This document shows, one piece after another, positions 1 through 12,029 of a stretch of DNA of 64,000 bases. Each line of letters starts with the position of its first letter. The first letter of the stretch is position 1. The notes under the pieces were generated by a model. It saw only the letters and a program-made list of their open reading frames with translations. It searched no databases and had not been told where the DNA came from. Position numbers and translations under genes: made by a program. Source of the stretch: Eledone cirrhosa (lineage: Eukaryota); NCBI GenBank assembly GCA_964016885.1, contig OZ024742.1:64852001-64916000 (forward strand), given 5' to 3'.

Positions 1-2975
1 TGACCTCCACAACAGAACACGTTTTCAATGTGTGGTCCCAAACTACAATATCAGGCCGGTTGTGCTTTAATTTGGTGGCAGTTTTTATTTTCAGGTTCCA
101 CCAGTATTCCTTAGTGCCATCTGTCTCAATATATTCTTCCTCGTTTGTTGTTAATTTTGTTTTCCGAAGTGCGTTCCAGATGGTTCTAGCTATCCCATCG
201 TGTCTCATGGGGAGGTAGTAGCGAGATGACATTCTTTCGCAGCTGGCAACAATGTGGCTTACATCCTCGATCTTTGTTTTACATAGCCTACATTTATTGT
301 CAGCTGCTGGCCCTCCTCTTTTGTGCAGCAGATATTTGGTAGGGAGTTCTTGTTCCTGTATTGCATAGAGATATCCCTCAAGGTGTGATGTCATAAACTT
401 GTCGGAACTCCATGCCAGGCTTTTTGAGTGGTTTATCCCCTCTATGGTCTGTCTTTTATGCCTCAAGTATCCATGCACAACTTTTTCTGTAAATTGGTCA
501 ATTTTTTTATCTTGTTTGAACATTGAATAGGATCTTCCAATTTCTCTGGGTGAGAGATTTATATCAGGCTTTATTCCATATCTCTCCTCCAGATCAGTTG
601 CTATTCTAATGAGATTTCTTTTTTCATGCTCATAAACCTGGGCAAGATGGTTGCCAACCTTTTTCCTCTGTTGAAGGTGTTGCTTCAGTGTTACTATCCG
701 GGTCTCATATGTTGTTAATATTGATTTTAGACCCCGGCCACCTTCCTTGCGTGAGAAGTATAGCCTATCCACATCACCATTGATGTTAAAGTTCCCAGTA
801 ACACTGAGAAGTTTTCAAGTTCTAACATCCATCTCACTTAGTTCTTGCAATGACCAGTTCAGTAGGCCAAATGTTGGCGTTAGAATTGGCACAGCATAAG
901 TATTGTGGGCAATGTATTTGTTGTATGCTGACAGTTCTGATGACCATATTTTCTTTACTCTTCTGAGGTATTCAGTTCTGGTTCTCTCCTTATTTATGGG
1001 TCCATCATATCTGACATGCTCATCCTGTCCAAGATATCTGTAGTTGTCACCTGACTGCAGAGGTTGTATTGTCAGGCCGTTCATCTCTAGATTTCTAGAG
1101 GAGGGCACAGCTCTTCCACGTTTTACTGCCAAATATGCACACTTGGACTCACCAAATTTCATTTTGATGTCGGTTGAAAATTGTGTAATGAGGTCCAATT
1201 GTTTCTTGATGTCATTGATATTTGGCCCATACAACTTCAGGTCATCAACAAAGAAAAGATGGGAGATACTTCTGGTCCCACTTCTTTGTCCACCTTGTTT
1301 CCTGAGTAGGTAAGATAGTGGATTCAGTGAGAGAACGAAGAGTAGCACTGACAAGCTATCACCCTGAAAGATGCCCTTCTGGTAATGTATCTTATCAGTC
1401 TTAACCTGCTCCTTCTCACCTCTAAGGATCAAATTGGTGTACCAGTTCTTGGTCAGGCATTCAACAGCAGCTACCAATGGTTGTGGGACTTTAGCTAACT
1501 GTAAAGCCTTAATAATCCACCCATGAGGTACACTATCAAATGCTTTTTGATAGTCCAGCCACACGACAGTCATGTTTCTGCGATTCTTTGTTGTTTTTTC
1601 ATGAATCATTTTGTTAGTTAGTAGGTGATCTATGCAACCCCACACCTCCCTCTTTCCACCAGCTTGCTCAGGTGTTATGATGTTGTTGGTAGCACAGTGA
1701 TCCTGTAAGAACAGGTTAAGGCACCCAGTATATAATTTATACATGATGTTTTGGCAGGCAATTGGGCGGTAATTTTTAGCAAGGGTGGTTTGGCTATTTT
1801 GGAGAATGAGGAGAGTAGTGGCAGTTGGTAACCATCTGGGCAGTTCTTGTGTGCCCTTCATGGTTTCTGTAAACAGCCGTATGAGATCTTGCCGATAGAA
1901 AGTGAAATTCTTCAACCAGTATCCTGTAATGAGGTCTGGGCCTGGCGATTTCCTATTCGACATTTTCTGTAGAGCTGTTTCCAGTATTGACCCATCTATG
2001 TTATATTGTTTTGTCTGGACATGTTGGCAGTAGTCCTGTTCCAGTTCTTTTAGCCAATTAGCTTGTCTGTTGAATCCGTCATCCGTTTCCCATGCAGATC
2101 TCCAGTAGCTCTCAACCTGTTCTTTTGAAGGGGTGTCGTTTACAGGGATTGAGCTTTTGTCACCGAAGCTGCGATAAACTGATTTAGGATCTCTGGCAAA
2201 CAATCTATTTAGCACTTGTCGTTTATGTGCTGTTGACTTATATTTTAGTCTTTCTGTTGTAGCTGTGAGTTGTTGTTTCAACTGGTGTAATTTGGAGTTT
2301 AAAGTTTTAAATTTTGTATCTCCAAATCGTCTCTCTAACTTTTTCTTTAGGTCTTCCTGGTGTCGTGTGAAGTTGCTCTCTATGTTGCATTTCATAACGA
2401 CTGCGATGTGTGAGATACTTCGTCTCAGGGACAAAATTTTGGTTTTTAAATTTCGCATCCACGCTGGTTCAGGCTTTCCTGTTTGTATCTTGATTGCGTG
2501 GTTTTAGATGTGTGTTATATGATAGCAATGTGACAGCTGAAACATATAACAAAACATTAAGCGTTTCAAATGTCGTTTCTACACCTTTAGATCGTATAAC
2601 CTTCAGATAATTGCCAGCTATTTCGTTCACCGCTTCCAATTCCAATTTAGTGGGTTCTTTACTGACTCTAGTGTTGTATGGTCTGTCACTCACATTAAGG
2701 CTGTGTATCTCTTGAAACATATCGTTCCATATCACTTGTAGGGTGCCCACAAGTTTTTGGTGCTCTGTTTGTTCAGTAGAGTCATGAATTTCAGCCTCGT
2801 TGTTGATGTGGTGACAATTACTACTAGAGTCAGCTGACCTTTCTTGCTGTTCTTCAGTGGAAGTGGGATGGATTTCAGCAAAATTGTTGGTGAGCTGTTC
2901 ACTGTTAGATTTAGCTGGCCATTCTCTTTGTCTGTCAGTGGAGGTGGGGTGGTTGTCTACAAGGGCTGTATTTGT
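1..2975 (-). mobile_element. R4/Dong-like (RLE-type) non-LTR retrotransposon, disrupted, 5'-truncated, 3' end outside window
   Basis: ORF 815-2458 has RT motifs (KSPGPD, YRPIAC, WLDYQKAFDSV, GIFQGDSLS, LFFVDDLKLY, YRYLG). Downstream on - are a CCHC knuckle (CRLCKTKIEDVSHIVASC, ~240-295) and an RLE motif (KHNRPDIVVWD, ~25-70). Confidence 0.9.
815..2458 (-). pseudogene. Reverse transcriptase portion of R4/Dong-like ORF (frame broken at both ends)
   Basis: 547-aa ORF with non-LTR RT motifs; homologous coding sequence continues in other frames on both sides. Confidence 0.85.
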
Positions 2976-3038
2976 AGTATGTGTATGTATGTATGTATGT
3001 ATGTATGTATGTTTGTATGTATGTATGTATGTATGTGT

Positions 3039-3660
3039 GTCAGGTCACTTTTGAGTGCTACTGGTAACATGTAACCCAGTACAACCTATCGCATGGTCGG
3101 GTCGTTGGCGACTAAACCGGCAAGTTTACCAAGTTTACTTGGTGAGGGGGGGGGGACACCCTGCAGGACAAAAACAAAACCTGATAAAGGGCGAAAGAAC
3201 TCATAAGAGTCAACGGCCATCCGAAAGTGTGTAAATATCTATATGCACAGGTACACATGTATGTATATGTATATGTGTATATGCATGGGTGCATGTGTAT
3301 GTATATACGCGGGGACATAGAAATAGTCGGGCTGGACACCCGATCGCGCGGTTAAACCACTGGGAGTGAAGGATCCCTAGTCTTTGTCAGGGCATTCTTC
3401 TAGGAGAAATCAACTCAAGAAACTGGGATAACTCCGATATAAAACCTGCGGCTCAGTAGTTACCGATGATGTTGATCTTTTCTTCTTTTCGGGTTATAGG
3501 TACTGTCGCTCAGAGAGTGGGATTGGCTCAGTGCACAGACTTTCCTCACTTAAAAAAATATCTTCACGCACAGGCATTGCACGATAGAATTAATTAATAA
3601 TTATTAATAATGGTATATCGTGCAATGGCCATACTCAATGACGAGGGGGAAGCCATCATA
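3039..3660 (+). mobile_element. Non-autonomous retroposon unit with (TGTA)n-like tail, copy 1
   Basis: Near-identical to 5200-5812 and related to 7157-7690; same start (gtcacttttgagtgct...gtaacccagtac) and similar hairpin-like 3' end before the tail. Confidence 0.65.
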
Positions 3661-3715
3661 TATGTATATATATATATATATATATGTATATGTATATATG
3701 TATGTATATATGTAT

Positions 3716-4117
3716 GACCCCTTAGCCTTTGTCAAGGCAGAATTCTAGGAGAAGGAAAACTCTGATATAACACCTGCAACCCTGATGGTATCCAATGATG
3801 TTGACTTGTTCTTCTTTTTGGTAAATATCATCTTGGTTAAGAGAGTGGGACTGGCTTTGTGCAGTGCCTTTGCTCACTATAAAAGCTTCACGGCACAGGC
3901 ATTGCTTTATATCTGGAGATCTCTCTGCACTTGTCGTCACATGATACCATGGGCCCAGCACTATGTGCCAATAATTGTCACAAGTATGGTGTTTGTACCA
4001 GAGTTTTCAAGTTGCTGGCTGGACTAAAAAGTCAGACTCGTTCAGCGCATCGGTAGGGGTTCTCCTACATGGATATAGAGTAGTGGCCGTACTCGAAAAC
4101 GAGTTGGCAGCCACCAT
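3716..4117 (+). mobile_element. Related 5'-truncated non-autonomous retroposon unit with (TGTA)n tail
   Basis: Near-identical to 6042-6441; shares ctaggagaaggaaaactc motif; ends ctcgaaaacgagttggcagccaccatg(tgta)n. Confidence 0.65.
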
Positions 4118-4266
4118 GTGTGTATGTATATATATGTATGTATATATATATGTATGTATGTAGATATGTATGTATATATGTATATATATGTATATGTATG
4201 TATATATATATATATGTATGTGTATATATATGTATGTATATATATATATATGTATGTATATGTATG

Positions 4267-4311
<45 letters not shown>

Positions 4312-4317
4312 TATGTA

Positions 4318-4370
<53 letters not shown>

Positions 4371-4426
4371 TATGTATGTATCTATATATATATATGTAGT
4401 ATGTATACATATATGTATGTATTATG

Positions 4427-4468
<42 letters not shown>
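4118..4468. repeat. (TA)n/(TATG)n microsatellite
   Basis: Direct inspection. Confidence 0.95.
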
Positions 4469-4469
<1 letters not shown>

Positions 4470-4627
4470 CGAAGGAAATGTGGTAAGGAACCAGATGGAC
4501 CATAACGCACCAAAGTACTCAATACTTAGGGTAGTAGAGTGGGTAATAGGAACGAGTAGGACCCCGACGGCTGAGCTCAAGCCGTTTCGGCGGCCAATTC
4601 TGGACTAAATGAATCATTTAGTCGCTC

Positions 4628-4660
<33 letters not shown>

Positions 4661-4662
4661 AT

Positions 4663-4693
<31 letters not shown>

Positions 4694-4789
4694 CATACAT
4701 AATGCATACATATATATATAAATACATACATATATATATATACATACATACATAATACATACATATATATATAAATCTATATATATATA

Positions 4790-5056
4790 TAGTGGCAAGG
4801 GTGTTGGACTTACGATCATTATGTCGTGGGCTCGATTCCTGGGTTGCATATCGTGTTCTTGAGCAAAACACTTCATTTTATGTAGCTCCAGTTTACTCAG
4901 CTGAAAATGAATACCAGCAATAGCTGGGGGTTTAACCCTGCGATCGACTGGCGTCCTGTCCAGGGGGGAGTCTTGTACTCTCAGTCGCTTCATGCCATGA
5001 AACCAGGATAAACACCTGCCAAATGAGCCTTCTGGCTTAAGACAGACTTTAGACTT
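4790..5056 (+). mobile_element. tRNA-derived CORE-like SINE
   Basis: A-box remnant tagtggcaagg, B-box-like gctcgattcc, central gttcttgagcaaaacacttcattt; matches copy at 34481-34745. Confidence 0.7.
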
Positions 5057-5087
5057 TTTATATATATATATTGGGGTCTTACTTGTT

Positions 5088-5157
<70 letters not shown>

Positions 5158-5199
5158 TGTATGTATGTATGTATGTATGTATGTATGTATGTATGTATC

Positions 5200-5812
5200 G
5201 TGTCACTCTTGAGTGCTGATGATAACATGTAACCCAGTACAACCTGTTGTATGGTCGGGTCTTCGGCGACTACACCGGCAAACCCAACAAGTTTACTTGG
5301 TGAGGGGGGTGACTTTGGTCACCCTGCAGGACAAAAAACAAAAGGGCGGAAGAACCCATAAGTGTCAACGGCCATCCAATAGTATGTAAATATGTATATA
5401 CACATGTACATATGTATGTATATGTATATGTATATATACATGGGTGCATGTGTATGTATATGCGCGAGAACATAGAAAAAGTCGGGCTGGACACCCGATC
5501 GTGCAGTTAAACCACTGGGAGTGAAGGACCCCTAGCCTTTGTCAGGGCGTACTTCTAGGAGAAGGCAACTCAGGAAACTGGGATAACTCCGATATAAAAC
5601 CTGCAGCTCAGTATTTACCGATGATGTTGATCTTTTCTTCTTTTCGGGTTATAGCTACTGTCGCTCAGAGAGTGGGATTGGCTCAGTGCACAGTCTTTCC
5701 TCACTTAAAAAAATATCTTCATGCACAGGCATTGCACGATAGAATTAATTAATAATTATTAATAATGGTATAACGTGCAATGGTCATCCTCGATAACGAG
5801 GGGCAGGCATCA
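5200..5812 (+). mobile_element. Non-autonomous retroposon unit with (TGTA)n tail, copy 2
   Basis: Aligns with 3039-3660; flanked on both sides by (TATG)n. Confidence 0.65.
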
Positions 5813-5869
5813 TGTATGTATGTATGTATGTATGTATGTATGTATGTATGTATGTATGTATGTATGTAT

Positions 5870-6441
5870 CTCAGTACAACCTGTCCCATGGCCGGGTCGT
5901 TGGCGACTAAACTGGCAACCCCACTAAGGTTTCTTGGTGAGGAGGGTGACTTTGGACATCCTGCAGGACTAAAAACAAAACCTGTCAAAGGGCAAAGGAG
6001 CTCTTAAGAGTCAATGGCCATCCAAAATCACCGGGAGAGATGACCCCTTAGCCTTTGTCAAGGCAGAATTCTAGGAGAAGGAAAACTCTGATATAACACC
6101 TGCAACCCTGATGGTATCCAATGATGTTGACTTGTTCTTCTTTTTGGTAAATATCATCTTGGTTAAGAGAGTGGGACTGGCTTTGTGCAGTGCCTTTGCT
6201 CACTATAAAAGCTTCACGACACAGGCATTGCTTTATATCTGGAGATCTCTCTGCACTTGTCATCACATGGTACCATGGGCCCAGCACTATGAGTCAATAA
6301 TTGTCACAAATGTAGTGTTTGTACCAGAGTTTTCAAGTCGCTGGCTGGACTAAAAAGTCACACTTGTTCAGCGCATCGGTAGGGGTTCTCCTACATGGAT
6401 ATAAAGTAGTGGCTGTACTCGAAAACGAGTTGGCAGCCACC
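5870..6441 (+). mobile_element. Non-autonomous retroposon unit (related subfamily)
   Basis: 5' part resembles 3075-3225; 3' part near-identical to 3716-4117. Confidence 0.6.
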
Positions 6442-6455
6442 ATGTATGTATGTAT

Positions 6456-7075
6456 ATCTCTTTCTCTTAATTTCGAGTATATTTTTTTTTTGACCGGCCA
6501 CCTTCCTGGTGGCAAGGTTGTAAAAGAAAAGAAATTGTCATCCCTTGAATCACAAGAATGTTTTGCAAATTTTGAAGGTGCCAGCTATCGCAGCCATTTG
6601 TAGACTATGAATTAGGGAGCTGCGCTTTTTGTCCGCAAATCCAAGTTCAGTCATACTTTGGTCCAAGCGAGTTGGTATATAACCCGTAGCTCTAATAATG
6701 ATGGGTATGAAGCTAAAGGTGTATCTTGGATACTGGATTTGTAAACTCCTCATCAATGGTCCGTAGATGTCCTCCTTCTCCTGTATTTTTCTGACAACGT
6801 TTACATCAAGTGGGCAGCCTATCTCCACAACAGAACACGTTTTCAATGTGTGGTCCCAAACAACAATATCAGGCCGGTTGTGCTTTAATTTGGTGGCAGT
6901 TTTTATTTTCAGGTTCCACCAGTATTCCTTAGTGCCATCTGTCTTAATATATTCTTCCTCGTTTGTTGTTAATTTTGTTTTCCGAAGTGCGTTCCAGATG
7001 GTTCCAGCTATCCCATCGTGTCTCATTGGGGAGGTAGTAGCGAGATGACATTCTTTCGCAGCTGGCAACAATGTA
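6456..7075 (-). mobile_element. 3' fragment of the same R4/Dong-like element (RLE domain + 3' UTR)
   Basis: 6822-7075 nearly identical to 1-255; encodes KHNRPDIVVWD...VVEIGCP...EKEDIY...FIPIII...LQMAAIAGT; both ends abut (TATG)n. Confidence 0.9.
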
Positions 7076-7156
7076 TGTATGTATGTATGTATGTATGTAT
7101 GTATGTATGTATGTATGTATGTATGTATGTATGTACGTACGTACGTACGTATGTAT

Positions 7157-7690
7157 GTCAGGTCGCTTTTCAGTGCTCCTGGTAATATGTAACCTAGTAC
7201 AATCTGTGCATGGTTGGGTCGTTGGCAACTAAACTGGCAACCCCACCAAGCTTGCTTGGTGAGGAGGGTGAATTTGGACACCCTGCGGGATGAAAAACAA
7301 AACCTGTCAAAGGGTGGAGGAACTCAGAAGAGTCAACAGCCATCCAATAAGGTATTGTTTTTATTTTGTGGAACGAGAGACTCCTTGCCTTTATTAAGAC
7401 ATCTCTCTAGGAGAAGGTCAAGTTGATATAAAACCTGCGATTTTATTTGCATCCAATGATGTTGACAAGTTCTTCTTCGATGTTCAGAGAGTGGGATTGG
7501 CCCCATGCAAAGCCTTTCCTCACTTAAAAAAGCTTCAAGCACAGACATTGCTTGATATGTGAAATTTTTTGCGATGCATGGTATTGCTGGCCATAGGCAA
7601 GTCCCTAGCAGGACTAAGAAGCCACGTCTGTGATGCTCATGTTTAAGTATCAAGCGATGGCATTACTCGAAATCAAGTTGCAGCCATCAT
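7157..7690 (+). mobile_element. Diverged non-autonomous retroposon unit with (TGTA)n tail
   Basis: Same 5' and 3' motifs as 3039-3660. Confidence 0.55.
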
Positions 7691-8409
7691 GTATGTATGT
7701 ATGTATTTATGCACATGTGTATGTATGCATGACTGGAGAGTCTTTCTTAAGCCATTCCAGCCATGACCACCCTGTCTTTTTAAGAGTATATCTAGGATTA
7801 CACTGTTTGTCTGATTTTCTCCCATTTATGATAGCAGTAAGAATACATAAAGATAGACAGACAAAAATTACATAAAGATAAATAAACAAATACACACTTC
7901 TCCAAGTAAGCGACATTGTGTAGAAAATGACGTGAGTTTGCATCAGCACACAAGATCTTGTCTGAATTTAAGCCAATTCTGATTATATTTTATATATCAT
8001 CACTGCACCTCTAGCCCCTCATCCTCCTCCACCAAAAAAGTCCCCATCTCCATTCTTGTTGTAGCTATTCTCAACATCACTGTGCAGTCATAACCCTACT
8101 CTATCTAAGATCCCCTCCACCTCTCCTAAATCTTAACGCACACTTTCTGTACAGGGTTACCCCATTACACTTTACTCTAGATCCCTTCTCTAAAACTATG
8201 ACATACCAGCCGTAGTCCTTTAGTAGTTGTTATTAGCTCTTACACTGTCTGATGTCGCACTGCCTGACGTCACCCTCCAATTCAATTCACCACTCTGCCT
8301 CCTGTCAAATCCCTCCACACTTGACACCTACTCATGACATACACCCTACCCCTGTCTGGAGGGTAGAGAGGGCTCTTCAGTTGAGTCAATGTCTGACATC
8401 CTCTCTAGC

Positions 8410-8850
8410 GCTAGTGCTATGATAAATGCACCCAGTACATCCTGTAAGGTGATTGGTTATATGAAGGACATCGCAGTAGAACCCATGCCAAAGATCGAGA
8501 GGACTTTAAGTTGCGTCAAGAGCATGACAACCTCTGCAGTGTTGGTGATCTATATAATAAACACACAAAGTACACTCTATTAAGTGGTTGGTTAATGGAA
8601 GAGCCTCCACCCATAGAAAATTTACTAAACAAAGGGTCTGGAGGACTTTTCGGCTGGGTGAAAGTCAAGACAACTTCTCTAGTGCTGGTACCACGATAAA
8701 AACTACTCAATTGAGTGTGGGATCATATGTCGGGCCCCTGACCCACTTGGAGATCAGAGGCCCCGTTTCAGTACTGACTTGTCTATGACGACACGTCCAA
8801 CCTTTGCTTACAGGGAAAACGGATATTAAACAGTGATTATGATGATGATC
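8410..8850 (+). mobile_element. Decayed SINE/retroposon with RTE-type 3' end
   Basis: Ends ggaaaacggatattaaac...(gat)n like the RTE 3' end at 62930-62968; similar to 44850-45220. Confidence 0.55.
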
Positions 8851-9560
8851 ATCATCATCATTACGTATGTGCTAAAGAAAGTCATTAGAGGGATGTATCT
8901 TTTTATACATATACATCGGATATGTGTGTGTGTGTGGAAGAGAGATAGAGAGTGTGTGTGTGTGCGTGCGTGTATGTGTGATTGAATATTATATCTATTT
9001 TCTTACTTTTTGGGACCTTTTTTTTTATCTTAATTTGAAGGAACCTCACTCCCAAAACTTATATAGGTAATACAATCAATATTATTGTTAGAGTTACTTC
9101 CCTTTAGTTACGTTTCTATTTTCGCTTTTTTTTTAATTGTTAATTTTTTTTAACAGAAACCTGACATCCATTTAAGTTTACATATATTTATAATTCTATT
9201 TAATCTTAATGTAATTTAAATTTCTACCTTTATAACTCTTAAATGTAAGTACTTTTATTTTTTATTCTTTCACATTTTCTCTCTTAATCTGTTTACTAAT
9301 CAGTTAACAATATATTACGAACTAATATCCTTGTACAGGTAGGTGTCTTTGCAATAACAAATGTTTGTTATTAATTAGTTTTTATTAATGTATCTACGCA
9401 GGTAATAACAAAGTATTGTTATTAAACAATTTATAATGTATGTACACAAGTATATATGCAACAACTTGTTATTTAATAGATTGTTATATATTTATATATT
9501 ATATATATATTATAAAATTATTATATTATATATATATTATATTATATATATATTATATAT

Positions 9561-9941
9561 TATAAAATAACAGGAGGCTGGACTGGTGTAATTCCTTGAA
9601 AGGTTTATTATACTATGATCATTTCAGTATGAATCCAGTGACATCATCAGGTATTTGAAATATAATAAAGGAATATAATAGACAAAATCCATGGGGCTGA
9701 AAATCAGAGACATGAGGGCGACCGAACATTTAGCAGCTTCTACCCCGGTCGGTCGCCCTCAAGTCACTTGAGGGCGACCGACCGGGTTAGAAGATGCTAA
9801 ATGTTCGGTCGCCCTCATGTCTCTTTGTCTATTATATTCCTTTGTTATATTTCAAATACCTGATGATGTCACTGGATTCATACTGAACCTGGTCATTGAA
9901 ATGATCATAAATAAGCCTTTCCAGCCTCCTGTTATTTTATA
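9561..9941. repeat. Long imperfect palindrome with hammerhead cores (Penelope-like inverted terminal repeat)
   Basis: Arms symmetric about ~9765; CTGATGA...GAAATGATCATA present in both arms. Confidence 0.75.
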
Positions 9942-10083
9942 ATAATTAACTCCATACTCGCACCACCAACTACACAAACGAAGATGGGTGAGTTGCATTA
10001 CGTTGAGTACTCTCTATAATATTACATCGAGGTTGACCATACAGATTTAGTGGTAAACCAACAAACCTAAATAAATATATATA

Positions 10084-10508
10084 TATAAACGTTTGTATTT
10101 GTAAAGCCAAGACAATGCAGGTATGGGCATAGAATAAAGAATGAAAATACAAAAGATATTGTTGACAATTAGTCTTTTACCTTAGATTTAATTAAATGTC
10201 CTTAATTTTTGAGATAATATCTCTTCTTCGGAGGGAAGTAAAACGGTTAAACCAGTGTTCTAAATAGCTTGCCAAGTCATGCTGACAGGAAAATCAGAAT
10301 TTTCTGTCAGCATGACTTGGCAAGCTATTTAGAACACTGGTTTAACCGTTTTACTTCCTCCGAAGAAGAGATATTATCTCAAAAATTAAGGACATTTAAA
10401 TAAATCCAAGGTAAAAAACTAATTGTCAACAATATCTTTTGCATTTAAATTCTTTATTCTATGTCCATACCTGCATTGTCTTGGCTTTACAAATACAAAC
10501 GTTTATAC
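10084..10508. repeat. Long palindrome with degenerate hammerhead-like motif
   Basis: Arms of ~205 bp symmetric about ~10296; tcct-CCGAAGA-a-gagat att atctc-AAAA-att-a-agga. Confidence 0.7.
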
Positions 10509-10566
10509 CTCATTACACAATGCTTCAAGTGAACTATAACTATATATATATATATATATATATATT

Positions 10567-10603
<37 letters not shown>

Positions 10604-12029
10604 AGGAAGAGTGGTAGATTGGAAGAATTGCTAGAGCATCAGATAAAATGTTGTGGTAGTATTTTTCTGGCTGAGTTCAAATCTCATGCTGAGTTCAAAT
10701 CCCACTAGAGGCCCACTATGCCTTTTCTCCTTCTGGGGGTTGATAAAATAAAGAACTCATCAAGTACTGGTGTTGAGTTAACCTTTCCTTACCACATTTC
10801 TAATGAAATACACTACCTATTTTTCTCAATTAATTTTGTAAATAATCAAAAATTTGAAGGGATTTTGTAAAATAACTAACCATATTATTATGTTGGCATT
10901 TAGTACATAACAAAGATATTCTTCCTTAACATTATGTTATATTTAAATTGGAATACTTTAAAACAAGGTTTGTTATAGTATTGGGCAGTTTTGAATGAGT
11001 TGGTATCAAAAGCATTAATCTGCTTTTTACCCCAAATGCGTTGGCATTGTGCCTAAATTAGAAATCAATATATGTATGTAGATATGTTTATAATAACAAA
11101 ACCTTGTTATTAATCTGTTTCTTAGGTAACTACGCAAGTAAGTTTACATTAATAAACGTAGTAATAATACATCATAACAACTTATTATTCTTTCATATGA
11201 ATTATTTTTGAAAACCAAACCAATTCTTCCTGTAAGCAGGCAGTAATAGTTGCTACATCATGCATTGACAACTTCTACACATTCCTAGATTTCAAAAACT
11301 AAAACTAAATCCACTGGACAATTGTCCTTCCTCTTCTTTAACACCTGTGTATTCTAATCAAACTGAGACTCCACTCAGCATCTCTTATCAACATGCAAAC
11401 TACTCATTTTCTTCCTCTCTGAGACACAAATCTCTCAGCCCTTATCAACAAACCATCTCTACATATTAGACTGACCAACCTTTGCCTGTCTCATTGCCTG
11501 TTACTGATAATGCATCAATGATTTATTAACCAAACTAGCTGTCAAGAATATGTTACGTATACAAATTGGTCTATCCAATTTACTTAAGCTTTTAGTAATA
11601 GGGGATTTATAAGCAGTACCCCTGCAAACAATGAAGGAAGGCTCCCAGTTTCTGATGAAATCAAAACACAAAAACTGAGACTGGTCTGTCCATGAAGATA
11701 TTGTATAGAAAGACATGGTGTTTACATCTGTCTATATATAGTGTTGGCTAAAAATCTATAGATATATTCTGTAGTATGTTATAGCAATGATATTATTATA
11801 CTATCATTAATTTTATTAGCTACTAAGAATTATCATCATCTTTCAACTGCAGTAACAGATGGCTAAAATCTTCCTTTCATAATCAGTTGTCTCACATTCA
11901 GGTAATTAGCCCTAGCCTATGGAGGGATTTGAGTCCCTAGGCGAAATTTGAATTCAGAATGCAAAATGTCAAAGCAAATAATGCAAGAGATCTCATTCAA
12001 CATTGTAACAATTCCACCAATCCAATGCA

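Noticed and set aside
3039-3170. HDV-like or twister ribozyme at the retroposon 5' end
   Set aside because: Could not place the P3/L3/P1.1 elements or the twister P4 loop consensus
4545-4630. GAAACGGCT..AGCCGTC hairpin on - strand resembling hammerhead stem III
   Set aside because: No CTGANGA in a compatible position; only a short inverted echo at 5071-5092
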